This document shows positions 1-9,098 of a DNA stretch of 32,000 bases, piece after piece. The DNA is from Candidatus Saccharimonadota bacterium (lineage in GTDB: Bacteria > Bacteroidota > Bacteroidia > Cytophagales > Amoebophilaceae): NCBI RefSeq assembly GCF_003351905.1, contig NZ_CP022339.1, positions 330,001-362,000 on the forward strand, written 5' to 3'. The notes under the pieces were generated by a model. That model made no database searches. It had not been told where the DNA came from and saw only the letters and a program-made list of their open reading frames with translations. Made by a program: the position numbers and the translations under genes. The number at the start of each line of letters is the position of its first letter. Position 1 is the stretch's first letter.

Positions 1-342
1 CAACGACTAGAAGCAGATGCCAAGCTAAAGGTAACGTTACTATTGGGTGTACGTTATGCCAACGACCTACTCTATGCGGAAGATTTTATTGCTTTTGCGC
101 AAAAATATGAAAGGTTTCATTTTCGTGGCTATCTGAGTAGAGCAGATGTATTGACCGCACCTTATCACTATGCTGGATATGTGCAATCGGCCTTTGAAGC
201 GCTTAACTTAAACCCCATGACTGATTTGGTATACCTCTGCGGTAACCCATATATGATTGATGATAGCATTGAAAAATTGCAAACAATGGGGTTTAACCCA
301 CAACGCATCAAACGTGAAAAATATATCTCTCGTGGCGTGTAA
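1..342 (+). CDS. 3' part of a ferredoxin-NADP(+) reductase-like FAD/NAD(P)-binding oxidoreductase (5' end lies outside the window)
   Basis: Frame 1 is open from base 1 (QRLEADAKLKVTLLLGVRYANDLLY...) to TAA at 340-342. The C-terminal DLVYLCGNPYMIDDSIEKLQTMGF...IKREKY resembles the NAD(P)-binding tail of FNR-family reductases. Confidence 0.6.
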   Translation, partial: QRLEADAKLKVTLLLGVRYANDLLYAEDFIAFAQKYERFHFRGYLSRADVLTAPYHYAGYVQSAFEALNLNPMTDLVYLCGNPYMIDDSIEKLQTMGFNPQRIKREKYISRGV

Positions 343-395
343 AAAAATAGCATCTATTCCATCTGTAGGTTGAGGACCCCTAAAATTATAGTACC

Positions 396-1025
396 GTGTT
401 GCGTTTTAGATTTTTAAAAGTTTCAGTAACGATCGATCTGAGTTATTGGATCTTTTTATTGTTGGTAATGGGTAGTATAGGCGGACGATATACTGAAAGC
501 TTACTATGGTCTAGTATCTTTACTTTTAGTATACTTATACATGAATATGGCCATGCATTAACTGCTCTTTTTTTTGGTGCGACACCTACTGTTGTACTGC
601 AAGCTTTGGGTGGAAGAACCATCTTTAATGAATCACAGCTAACGGACAAACAAAAATTTTTCATTACCCTTGCAGGACCGCTGTTTCAAGGATTACTGAC
701 ATTAGTGGCTTATCTATTGCTGCAATGTAATATGGTAAGTGGCTACTTATTGAACTATTTGCTCTCCGTGACGATGTATATCAATAGTAGATGGTTGTTA
801 TTGAATTTAATACCTATTGCACCACTGGATGGTGGCTGGCTGGTGCGTTATATTCTAGAAAAAAAATTTGGTCATAAAGGGTATGTAGCTAGTCTGATCA
901 TCGGGCTGACCGCTGCTGCTATTGCGATTCCTTGCTTTTACCTTCAAGGATACCATTGGTTCTTTATCATGCAGCTCTTTATATGTGGATGGCATTACTG
1001 TAAACGCTTGGAACAAGAATGGTAA
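396..1025 (+). CDS. M50-family (site-2 protease-like) membrane zinc metalloprotease
   Basis: HEYGH (HExxH) lies in a hydrophobic segment and is followed by NLIPIAPLDGG (NxxPxxxLDG). There are multiple predicted TM helices. GTG start at 396. Confidence 0.8.
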   Translation: MLRFRFLKVSVTIDLSYWIFLLLVMGSIGGRYTESLLWSSIFTFSILIHEYGHALTALFFGATPTVVLQALGGRTIFNESQLTDKQKFFITLAGPLFQGLLTLVAYLLLQCNMVSGYLLNYLLSVTMYINSRWLLLNLIPIAPLDGGWLVRYILEKKFGHKGYVASLIIGLTAAAIAIPCFYLQGYHWFFIMQLFICGWHYCKRLEQEW

Positions 1026-1044
1026 CACGACAAAATCTGATCGT

Positions 1045-1794
1045 ATGAAATGGAAATTTGGTTTGTTGGACAAAGAACAGCTAGCAGTGATGGGGCTGGT
1101 GCTGATGGCAATGGCTTGCAAAAGAAAGGCACCTAGATATGAGCCAAAGCTTCCTGGAGGTCAAGAAAATATATCCAACTCCATAATGGAAGCAAGTTGG
1201 ACCCAGGGACCTCAAAGTAGACCCAAAGACGCGCAAGCAGTAGATGAGGATTGGTATACCAAATTGAAAATCACACCAGAGGGAAAAATGCTGTTAAAGC
1301 ATAGTAGGGATCAGGACCTCAAGCCCTTATATATAGCGCCAGATGAAGATCCAGATGCACAAAATGACTGGCATACACGCATAGAAGCCAGCCTAACGAC
1401 AGCAAACCATAAAGATAGCGGCCCATTGCGTAACCTGCCTGATGCATTACTGGTTAATTTTCCAAGAGCGCAAGGGGATGATCCTTGGGACAAACGTATA
1501 TTAATGGACATAGCCTCTATAACCATTAGCGCCAACCCAGTAGCCCCCAACTCGGAAAGACATACTTTTGCTTTAACCGCATTTGTAGCGGAGATGCCAA
1601 AAAATCGCGGTAAAAGGCTTTTAATTGTTTACGTAAAAAAGGATCAGGAATGGTATTTTTATAAAAATAATGATCCGCAAGCCGAGGATGCTACTTGCAA
1701 GCAGGATAGCAATAAAAAGCATCTTTCTACTATAAACGCGATGCGTTTCGCATCAGAGGCAGGTATCCTCTTTTTGTACCAAAAAATTAGATAG
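1045..1794 (+). CDS. Hypothetical exported protein or lipoprotein
   Basis: ATG at 1045 gives MKWKFGLLDKEQLAVMGLVLMAMAC, a possible lipobox (MAMAC). The longer tracked ORF (922..) overlaps the M50 gene and is probably an artefact. I recognise no family. Start is uncertain; 1090 is an alternative. Confidence 0.5.
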   Translation: MKWKFGLLDKEQLAVMGLVLMAMACKRKAPRYEPKLPGGQENISNSIMEASWTQGPQSRPKDAQAVDEDWYTKLKITPEGKMLLKHSRDQDLKPLYIAPDEDPDAQNDWHTRIEASLTTANHKDSGPLRNLPDALLVNFPRAQGDDPWDKRILMDIASITISANPVAPNSERHTFALTAFVAEMPKNRGKRLLIVYVKKDQEWYFYKNNDPQAEDATCKQDSNKKHLSTINAMRFASEAGILFLYQKIR

Positions 1795-1927
1795 TATCTG
1801 TTCACATTACTGGTTAATGATGAAGGTTATCCCGCTTTTTGCTTGATAAAAAGTGGACAAAAAACCATGGCACTGAGCACATACAATTAAAAGACTTTTG
1901 TCCAATTTTTTCAGGCCACTATAGATA
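1795..1927 (+). repeat. MITE-like dispersed repeat, copy A (internally shortened)
   Basis: tatctgttcacattactggttaatgatg...cttgataaaaagtggacaaaaaa...gagcacatac...ctatagata is colinear with the intact copy at 28349-28506. It fills the entire convergent spacer between the stops at 1794 and 1932. Confidence 0.6.
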
Positions 1928-1931
1928 TATA

Positions 1932-3458
1932 TTATTCGATATCAATGTTTTTTTTATGTTTTTTATATACGCTCATAAACTGTCGCATTCTTTTCTGTTG
2001 GCTATTGAGTCCTATCCACCCCGTATGAGATGGTTGTGGCAAGAGATAGTGCGCAGCCATCATAGCTAAGCCATTGGCCAATACACATAACACTTCAGTA
2101 TATATGGTAGATATCCATATATACCAATACGATATAACAGTTAGTATACCTGTCGCCATACCGATTAAAGCCGTACGGGAAGTACCCCGAAACCCTAAAA
2201 GGGCTAAAATAAAAGGAGCAGCCACTACTACATGAAAAAATTGATAGAAATAGATAACAAATCTAGATACATCAAACAAATTGGTTTTGCAAATAGCTGA
2301 TACAGCAGCTAGTAAACCAATCACTATTGCACTGCATTTAGCTGCTATAAGTTTACGGACATCGGAAAAGCACTTTATGCCGGGAATATGCTCTATAATA
2401 TCATGCGCCATGGTGACAGCAGCAACATGCAAACAAGAGTCTATGGTAGACATACACATACCCAATATAGCAACAGTCATTAACCCCTTATAGAAAGGTG
2501 AGAGATGAGCCATAATATATAAGAATACTTCTTCATACGGCCAGCGTACGCCTTTAGATATGGGATGTATGGTAAAAATAAATAGACTCATTAAGATTAT
2601 AATCAATATGATACATAAACTAACAAAGCTACTATACCTAAACACCCTTTGCACTTGAAACGGACTAGAAGCCATATAGGCTCTTTGCATGTATGGAGCA
2701 GGTATATAAGCACCAATTAGTAGACCAAAACTGACTATATCAATCATTAATCTTAATAACCGTTTGTTAAAATGCAACAAATTACTTAATTGGAATTTTT
2801 CGATCCGGTGTATAGAAGTGATAATTTCTACAATTGATAACTCTGTGCTCAAATACATCAGTTTGCACAATAGTATAATAATGGTCATAAAAGCTAGAAA
2901 CTGGAATATATCAGTCATAGTAACTGCATAAATACCTCCTAAAGCAGCATAAGAAATAACAATTAAAATGATTATTACCATAATAATACGTGCGGGAACC
3001 ACATCACTATACATATCAACAGAAAGGAAGATGATTTTAATTTGATTGGTTACCATACCAATGGCATACGCAATACTGGCTAACGCAACCATAACCCTTG
3101 GTATTTTTCCATATACACTACCAATTGTTTCTGCAATAGAAAGGTGTTGCAAAAATGGGCCCATACGCCATATTATTTGACTCATTAACCACCCTCCGAA
3201 TGGAACCATAAGCCAAATAATCATAAGCTGCAGGCCATAATGACACATCTGAGGTATATACTGGACAAGGAATGCGCCATTCAAAAATGTAGCCAATAGG
3301 GTAACCACTAAAGCAGCTGTGCTAAAACGTTTATTGCCTACAGCATAGGCTTGAAAAGTAGTGTTTCGACGTATACTATAAAGCCCTATGATTAGGTTTA
3401 GTATCAAAAAGACCGCCACGATTAGAAGCGGTATATCGTATTGTAGCATAGCGTACAA
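1932..3458 (-). CDS. Sodium:solute symporter (SSS) family transporter
   Basis: 508 aa and hydrophobic throughout (about 12-13 TM). The N-terminal pattern ...AYAVGNKRFSTAALVVTLLATFLNGAF... is typical of SSS-family permeases. Confidence 0.65.
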   Translation of the reverse strand: MYAMLQYDIPLLIVAVFLILNLIIGLYSIRRNTTFQAYAVGNKRFSTAALVVTLLATFLNGAFLVQYIPQMCHYGLQLMIIWLMVPFGGWLMSQIIWRMGPFLQHLSIAETIGSVYGKIPRVMVALASIAYAIGMVTNQIKIIFLSVDMYSDVVPARIIMVIIILIVISYAALGGIYAVTMTDIFQFLAFMTIIILLCKLMYLSTELSIVEIITSIHRIEKFQLSNLLHFNKRLLRLMIDIVSFGLLIGAYIPAPYMQRAYMASSPFQVQRVFRYSSFVSLCIILIIILMSLFIFTIHPISKGVRWPYEEVFLYIMAHLSPFYKGLMTVAILGMCMSTIDSCLHVAAVTMAHDIIEHIPGIKCFSDVRKLIAAKCSAIVIGLLAAVSAICKTNLFDVSRFVIYFYQFFHVVVAAPFILALLGFRGTSRTALIGMATGILTVISYWYIWISTIYTEVLCVLANGLAMMAAHYLLPQPSHTGWIGLNSQQKRMRQFMSVYKKHKKNIDIE

Positions 3459-3624
3459 AAAAGTTGTATCTATTCACGACATTGGTTCGTAATGTATTTT
3501 TACTTTTTTATTGATAAAAAAAGCTTTTTACATAGACTTTATATAGTAGTTAAATTTTATCTATTAGCCCCTTAAGCCTCTAAGCATTCTACCAAACGGA
3601 TTCCTATTGTTCTTGCTGTGCGAA

Positions 3625-5802
3625 CTAGACGTTCAACAGTTTATAACACTTTACATGACCATTCTGTAATGCCAAATAAGCAGGGGTCTTATTAAATCTG
3701 TTCCGCTGAGCTAAAGCCCCTGCTCGTATGAGCTCTTGCACCACTTTGATATGGCCATTTTGAGCAGCAAGGTGCAGCGGCGTATTTTTATAATGGTCTA
3801 CTACATTGATTGGTGCTTTTGTGCCTAAAATAGCCCTTACACAGACTTCACAACCTTTTTGAGCAGCGATATGCAAAAGAGTTTCTCCTCTTTTGTTCCT
3901 GACATTTACTCTGGCACCATGACGTATAAGCATCAAAACACAATCGACATGTCCATACTTAACTGCAGCGTATAAAGGTGTCTCACGCAATTGATTAACC
4001 ATATCTAACTTAGGTTTGCTCTTCATAACCTTAGCCAGAAGCGGTTGATCTTTAACCTTGCTTTTAAGCTTTTTAGTGATAGAATGCTGATTTTGATCGG
4101 CTTCAATCAAGGCCTCTACACAAGCCAAATGGCCATTAGCAGCTGCCAAGTAGAGTGGTGTTTCTTTGGCCCGGTTGTAGACCCTCACCTGGCTACCTGC
4201 TTGTATCAATGCCTTCAAACAAGCTGTGTAGCCTTTTTTTGCAACCGCATGCAACGCCGTAGCACCTGATTTTTTTGTCATGTTTACCTTAGACTTTGCT
4301 TCAATAAGTGCTTGCAAAGCAGCTAAATCCCCTAGTTTCGCAGCTATATGTAGGGGTATGGCTCCCCACTGATTGGCTATATTTACTGGTGCACCAGCTT
4401 GTATAAGTGCTACACTAGCATCGATATTTTGAAATGCAACAGATAAATGCAGTGGGGTATTTTGAAACCTATCGACAATAGAGAGCCGTACACCAGCCTC
4501 TATCAGCGCTTGTAAACACCTTATATTCCTGCTTTTGGCAGCCATATGTAAGGGTGTAAAACCTATATGGGTAGTGGCGTGAGGATTCGCACCCGCTTTT
4601 AACAACTTATCTAAACAGCTATCATGTCCATAGAAAGCAGTGAGATGAAGGGGAGTTTTATTATGAAAGTCCGAAGCATCTATAACAGCTCCTGCCTCAA
4701 TAAGCTGCTCGACACAAATGAGATGCCCTGATCGAGCGGCCCAATGTAAAGGGGTGCGCTGCTTTTCACCTATTAGATGTATATATACTTCGTTAGTAGC
4801 AATCAATGCTTTTAAACAATCATGCTTACCATATCGAGCGGCTAAATGCAAAGGGGTATTTTGTTCTTTATTGCGAACCGATGGATGCCCACCTGCCTTT
4901 AATAATAGATTTAAACAATCCAAATGGTCACCTAAAACAGCAGCATGTAAGGGTGTATTTAAACCGTCTACTGCATGGATATCTGCTTTATGCGTTAATA
5001 GCTCCCTTAACACAGCCAGTTTGCCATGTTGAGCCGCTATATAAAGGGGCGAAATGCCACTAGGCGTAACCGCATTTACGTTAGCATGGTTATGAATTAA
5101 TAACTGTATGGAAGCAACATTACCACTTTGCGCAGCCGCATGCAACGGCGTAAACTTATTTTGCCTTGTAAATACCTGCACTTTTGCACCTGCCTTTATT
5201 AAAGCTTGAACAGATAAAAATGAACCTGATAAAGCAGCATAATGCAAAGGGGTTAGATCATCATGATCAAACCCATCGACATGTGCTCCTTTTTGTATCA
5301 AATAGTTCATACATGCCACCTGACCAGCTTGCGACGCAACATGAAGCGGCGTTCTACCTAGGCAATCGGTAAGCTGAATGGTAGCACCAACTGCAACAAG
5401 CTCGCGCATAATGGCTAGATGCCCATACTGCGCAGCAAAATAGAGTGGTGTCCTACCTAGGTAGTCCACTATATTGACCTTAGTCCCTACATTGATAAGC
5501 TCTTGGACACAAAGTAAATGACCTCTGGCAGCAGCAATATGCAATGGACTCATCTTGTTTCGGTCCAATACCTGTACATTTTTGCCAGCAGAGATTAAAG
5601 AACGGATATGGGCTACATCCCCCTTGGCAGCTGCTAAGTGTACCTCTACAGGCGCTATATGCTTTTCTACAGGTAACGATTGAGCGATTGTAACCTGATC
5701 AGATGGGTCGACCAGCTGTTGCCTATTCCCATAGGTAGGATATATAGCATGGATATAGCACCCAATAAAGACGCCAAACAGTAAGATTTTCTTGTTAAAC
5801 AT
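3625..5802 (-). CDS. Large ankyrin-repeat protein with N-terminal signal peptide (eukaryote-like, candidate host-interaction effector)
   Basis: About 20 tandem 33-aa units of the form TPLH-AA--GH---V--L---GA-VN. The N-terminus MFNKKILLFGVFIGCYIHAI has a basic n-region plus a hydrophobic core (possible lipobox FIGC). Confidence 0.9.
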   Translation of the reverse strand: MFNKKILLFGVFIGCYIHAIYPTYGNRQQLVDPSDQVTIAQSLPVEKHIAPVEVHLAAAKGDVAHIRSLISAGKNVQVLDRNKMSPLHIAAARGHLLCVQELINVGTKVNIVDYLGRTPLYFAAQYGHLAIMRELVAVGATIQLTDCLGRTPLHVASQAGQVACMNYLIQKGAHVDGFDHDDLTPLHYAALSGSFLSVQALIKAGAKVQVFTRQNKFTPLHAAAQSGNVASIQLLIHNHANVNAVTPSGISPLYIAAQHGKLAVLRELLTHKADIHAVDGLNTPLHAAVLGDHLDCLNLLLKAGGHPSVRNKEQNTPLHLAARYGKHDCLKALIATNEVYIHLIGEKQRTPLHWAARSGHLICVEQLIEAGAVIDASDFHNKTPLHLTAFYGHDSCLDKLLKAGANPHATTHIGFTPLHMAAKSRNIRCLQALIEAGVRLSIVDRFQNTPLHLSVAFQNIDASVALIQAGAPVNIANQWGAIPLHIAAKLGDLAALQALIEAKSKVNMTKKSGATALHAVAKKGYTACLKALIQAGSQVRVYNRAKETPLYLAAANGHLACVEALIEADQNQHSITKKLKSKVKDQPLLAKVMKSKPKLDMVNQLRETPLYAAVKYGHVDCVLMLIRHGARVNVRNKRGETLLHIAAQKGCEVCVRAILGTKAPINVVDHYKNTPLHLAAQNGHIKVVQELIRAGALAQRNRFNKTPAYLALQNGHVKCYKLLNV

Positions 5803-6231
5803 ATTATTTTGTTTTTATGCATGGCTAGATTATAGCCAATATATAAAAAAACGAAAGTGTATAAAAGGCAAATCAAACCATAACGGATGATTGTTGAAGC
5901 GTAGCTTCTATTGACCCAACTATCGAGCTACGCTTTCCGATCATAATTTTTTACAAGGGGCATATTTATGCAACATAACCTTAACGCTGCATGGAGCTAT
6001 CATTACGTAAACAAGGGGAACATTAAGTCAAAAATCTCAATACAGATCAGAACAATTTGATAAAAATTGATTAGATTCATAAAATAGTAAAGACCACCAG
6101 GTGGCCATCTTATGGGAGGGTTACCTTTGGACGTGAACTATTTCGTACCAGGTGCAACACAATAGGCCATTTTATAGCCTCAAAGCGCACCATCTAGTAA
6201 GGTTCCTATAAACACCATTAATTATTATATC

Positions 6232-6429
6232 ATGAATCGATTTGAAGAATTAAAAACATTAGTACTTTCCTTGGAAGATGAATTTCATAAATTCTACGAG
6301 AAAGACAACAAAGCTGCTGGAACCAGGGTTCGCAAAGGCATGCAAACGTTAAAAAAAATTGCACAAGAAATCCGCACACATATATCAGCATCCAAGGCCT
6401 CTATGGAAGAGCTAAAGGAAGATAAATAA
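6232..6429 (+). CDS. Histone H1-like small DNA-binding protein (Bacteroidota type)
   Basis: 65 aa and lysine-rich. FEELKTLVLSLEDEFHKFYEKDNKAAGTRVRKGMQTLKKIAQEIR matches my recollection of bacterial histone H1-like proteins (...F-N-KGN-AAGTRVRKGMQ-LK...). Confidence 0.7.
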   Translation: MNRFEELKTLVLSLEDEFHKFYEKDNKAAGTRVRKGMQTLKKIAQEIRTHISASKASMEELKEDK

Positions 6430-6526
6430 GTTGCATAAATACACTTAGCAGCTACAAATGATGGCGTATACGAACGATCCATTTACGCCTCTGCACTAGC
6501 ATAGATTTACCTGAAGCTGATGCTAT

Positions 6527-6632
6527 GGTCTGTTCAGATCGGTGGTAAAAAGATATCTATACTACACTTTTGACTTATATAAAAAGTGGGCAAAAAGTCA
6601 AGCGACCGGAAAAAGTCACTGAAAGTGTCAGC
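6527..6632 (+). repeat. MITE-like repeat, copy B (degenerate)
   Basis: ggtctgttcagatcggtgg...tataaaaagtgggcaaaaagtcaagcgaccggaaaaagtcactgaaagtg parallels the left half and the first hairpin arm of the intact copy. Confidence 0.4.
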
Positions 6633-6808
6633 TTAGGTCTCCGTTCAGCACTATGGCAAGTCAAATTTTTTAGATGTACAATATTTTGCTAAATTTCTTG
6701 GTCACTTATCAATAGCTATCAGTTAGATGGAGGTATTGCATCTCTAGTTAGTGTCTTAAAATCAGACATTGGCCTACTAAAAGGAAAAATTAGTCTTTTA
6801 AAGGTTGA

Positions 6809-6929
6809 GATTTCGTATGTGTTCAGTGCAATGGTTTTTTGCGTCAAAAAAACTGCCCCTGTAAAAAGTCGCGGTTTAGAAAGTGGCTTTTTACCGAGGG
6901 CTTGATTTTTTGTCCACTTTTTTATCAAG
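6809..6929 (-). repeat. MITE-like repeat, copy C: right-hand portion of a copy split by the IS110 element
   Basis: The minus-strand sequence cttgataaaaaagtggacaaaaaatcaagccctcggtaaaaagcc...cacatacgaaatc is colinear with 28396-28485 of the intact copy. Confidence 0.7.
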
Positions 6930-6947
6930 AAAAAAGCTATTATCTTA

Positions 6948-7627
6948 CTATGCAAGTTTTTTAGTCATTTTGTACTCGTTTTTGATACTTTTGACGAAGC
7001 TTCTTTTTTGTTGTATAAGCTTATGCGCCAGCTCTAGGAGCTTCCTCATACATGCTACGATAGCCACTTTTTTAGGCTTATATTTACCTACTAATCTATC
7101 ATAGCATTCTTTTAAATATAGGAACCACTTTTTCCCTGCTAATACAGCCATATACAGTGCATCTCGTGGTATTTTCCTTCCTCCCCTAATAAATCTTTTT
7201 CCCTGTTTTTTCCCACTATCAGCCGCATATGGTGCTATACCTACTAAAGCTGATAGTTGATTACTACTGTAGCTTCTATCACCTAATTCAGGTAAAAAAC
7301 TGACTAATTTAGTGGCTAAACATTTCCCGATTCCTGGAATGGTTTCTAGTATATTAGCCTTTTCGTCTAGATCCTTATCAGTAGTTATGGTTTTATTTAA
7401 CGCTTTATCAATAATTTTTATTTCTTTTTCTAAAAAATCGATATGCCTTTCTATGCTTTCTTTATCTATATTAGTCTGGCTATGGTGTAACCGTTTCTTT
7501 TCATTGCTTAATGTAGCTACCAGCTCTTCTCTTCTTTGTTGTTGCCTTTTAAGCCGATCTGTTGTAATATAATAGCTGTAATTAGCTTTCAATCCCCTTT
7601 CCTGTCCATAGCGAGCTAGTTTAAAAG
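6948..7627 (-). CDS. IS110-family recombinase, exon 2 (C-terminal Transposase_20-like part)
   Basis: The frame is open upstream of the tracked TTG and reads (A)FKLARYGQERGLKANYSYY...IPGIGKCLATKLVSFLPELGDRSYSSNQLSALVGIAPYAADSGKK, the hallmark C-terminal IS110 motif. TAG stop at 6948-6950. Confidence 0.8.
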
Positions 7628-7743
7628 GTAGAGTAGAGCACTGGCGCGGTGAAGTATAGGACCAGGTTTATCCGTGTCCATCGTTTCCGATTTCGTGCCT
7701 AAATAACCCAATCTCTCTTTCCCGTTTCCAGCACCCCCCCGTC

Positions 7744-7776
7744 GCACCGTACGTGAGGTTTTCCCTCATACGGCGC
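7744..7776 (-). ncRNA. Group II intron domain V
   Basis: The minus strand reads GCGCCGUAUGAGG-GAAA-ACCUCACGUACGGUGC, which matches the conserved domain V hairpin (AGCCGUAU....GAAA....ACGUACGG) about 25 nt downstream of the IEP stop. Confidence 0.8.
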
Positions 7777-7799
7777 ACGGATCGTCTTCTTCGTCTGCA

Positions 7800-9098
7800 T
7801 TACGTCCATCTGTATCGCACCCGATAAGCTCCTACATTGACTAATTTGTACACTTTGTGGAGCTTCTCGTCGGGGAGTTCCTTATACCCGTTCTTCCTAC
7901 TCCCTTTCTTTTTCATGATAAATCTTCTCAGACGCCTGTTTGCATGCCCTTGTACTTTCCTAAATCTCCTAGAACTGGCCGTGTGACGGTAATACTCCGT
8001 CCACCCCAGTAAGGATGCGTTTAAGTCTTTAACAATAGTTTCAACACTTTCGTGCAACCGGTTCCGATAGGTCAATTGCGTGACTTTCTTAATAATCCGC
8101 TTGATTGCATCAGGTGTAGGATACATATGGGTAACGGGTTTCTGATATCTTGGCGAGTATCCCCTTTTAAAGGCATACCCTAAGAAATTGAAACCTTCTT
8201 CGGCCGTGGTCATTCGACTCTTTTCTTCATTGATCGAAAGGCCCAAGCGTTGCAGATACCCACATAAAATACCCAAAATCTTCTCTACCGGTTTATTCGA
8301 CACTATCACGAGATCGTCCGCATAGCGGACAATCTGTGCATTCCACCCATTCCTTTCGGTCATCCGCTTGACCCATACTGTGTCTAGCAGATTCAGGTAT
8401 ATATTAGAAAGTAAGGGCGAAATGGGGGACCCTTGAGGGGATCCTTGTCGAGTAGCAACTTCTTCGCCTTTAAGGACTCCTGAGCGAAGCCAGGCTTGTA
8501 TTAACTTTAGAACATACCTATCACTGATTCGCTTTTGAATGACTTTCATAAGCTTATCGTGTGGGATTGAGTCAAAGTATCGCTTCAAATCAATATCTAA
8601 AACTTGGGTGAGCCCGTAATTAAGCCATTTATATATTGATAGACTTGCATGGACTGCGGATCGTTTAGGTCGAAACCCAAATGAGCATTCTTGGAAGTCT
8701 GCTTCAAAAATTGGCTCTATAACAAGACGGGTTGCAGTTTGTACTAAGCGGTCCTTAATCGTGGGCACTCCCAAGATTCTTATTCCTCCTTTCGGTTTGG
8801 GTATTTCCACGCGCTTTGTCTTATTGCTTCGGTAGCTTCCTGATTCCAGTTCTTTTTGAACTTGTCCAAGAAACGCTTCTTCCCCTTGTTCTTTGATTTG
8901 TTCTATTGTTATTCCATCTATGCCTGGTGCCCCGTGATTTGCACAAACCTGTTTCCATGAACAGACCAGTACGTCCAATCTATATATTTTGTCATGAAGG
9001 GTGTAGAAGCTGCGTTTAGGATTAGACTTAGCAGATCGATAAAGTTCTCGCTGCAGTTCTCGGACGCTTTGTGCCATGTGGTTACCTTGCGGAATCAT
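7800..9098 (-). CDS. Group II intron-encoded reverse transcriptase/maturase (no endonuclease domain evident)
   Basis: RT motifs IPKPKGGIRILGVPTIKDRLVQ, FGFRPKRSAVHA, LDIDLKRYFDSIPHDKL, GSPQGSPISPLLSNIYL and VRYADDLVIV (YADD). Maturase X motif LLGWTEYYRH. The C-terminus is short and has no H-N-H motif. Confidence 0.95.
   Translation of the reverse strand: MIPQGNHMAQSVRELQRELYRSAKSNPKRSFYTLHDKIYRLDVLVCSWKQVCANHGAPGIDGITIEQIKEQGEEAFLGQVQKELESGSYRSNKTKRVEIPKPKGGIRILGVPTIKDRLVQTATRLVIEPIFEADFQECSFGFRPKRSAVHASLSIYKWLNYGLTQVLDIDLKRYFDSIPHDKLMKVIQKRISDRYVLKLIQAWLRSGVLKGEEVATRQGSPQGSPISPLLSNIYLNLLDTVWVKRMTERNGWNAQIVRYADDLVIVSNKPVEKILGILCGYLQRLGLSINEEKSRMTTAEEGFNFLGYAFKRGYSPRYQKPVTHMYPTPDAIKRIIKKVTQLTYRNRLHESVETIVKDLNASLLGWTEYYRHTASSRRFRKVQGHANRRLRRFIMKKKGSRKNGYKELPDEKLHKVYKLVNVGAYRVRYRWT

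Noticed and set aside
922-1044. N-terminal extension of ORF 922..1794, overlapping the M50 protease gene by about 100 nt
   Set aside because: It uses a non-ATG start inside the upstream gene. The ATG at 1045 gives a signal-peptide-like N-terminus directly after the M50 stop.
1839-2069. Recurrent ORFs encoding KKWTKNQ-like peptides (1839..2069 +, 6719..6955 -, 28397..28582 +), which suggested a small-protein family
   Set aside because: The shared peptide comes from translating the same non-coding repeat (cttgataaaaaagtggacaaaaaatcaagcc). Outside that motif the ORFs are unrelated, and they overlap palindromes and hairpins.
4045-5372. Plus-strand ORFs 4045..4269, 4718..5032, 4806..5063 and 5184..5372, antisense to the ankyrin gene
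   Set aside because: They lie entirely within a strongly supported 725-aa ANK CDS on the other strand. Their sequences are low-complexity mirror images of the repeat codons and have no motifs of their own.
5898-5938. 11-bp hairpin (gaagcgtagct ... agctacgcttc) upstream of the ankyrin gene, considered as a regulatory element or terminator
   Set aside because: It is not positioned downstream of any gene on either strand, it has a 19-nt loop, and I saw no repeat of it elsewhere in the window. There is insufficient evidence for a function.
7800-9098. The reverse transcriptase as part of a retron, DGR or Abi-type defence system
   Set aside because: It has the maturase X motif. It is followed by a canonical domain V and VI and preceded by about 525 nt of structured RNA. 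The whole unit interrupts a gene in frame. It has no msr/msd-like repeats, no template/variable repeat pair and no accessory effector genes.
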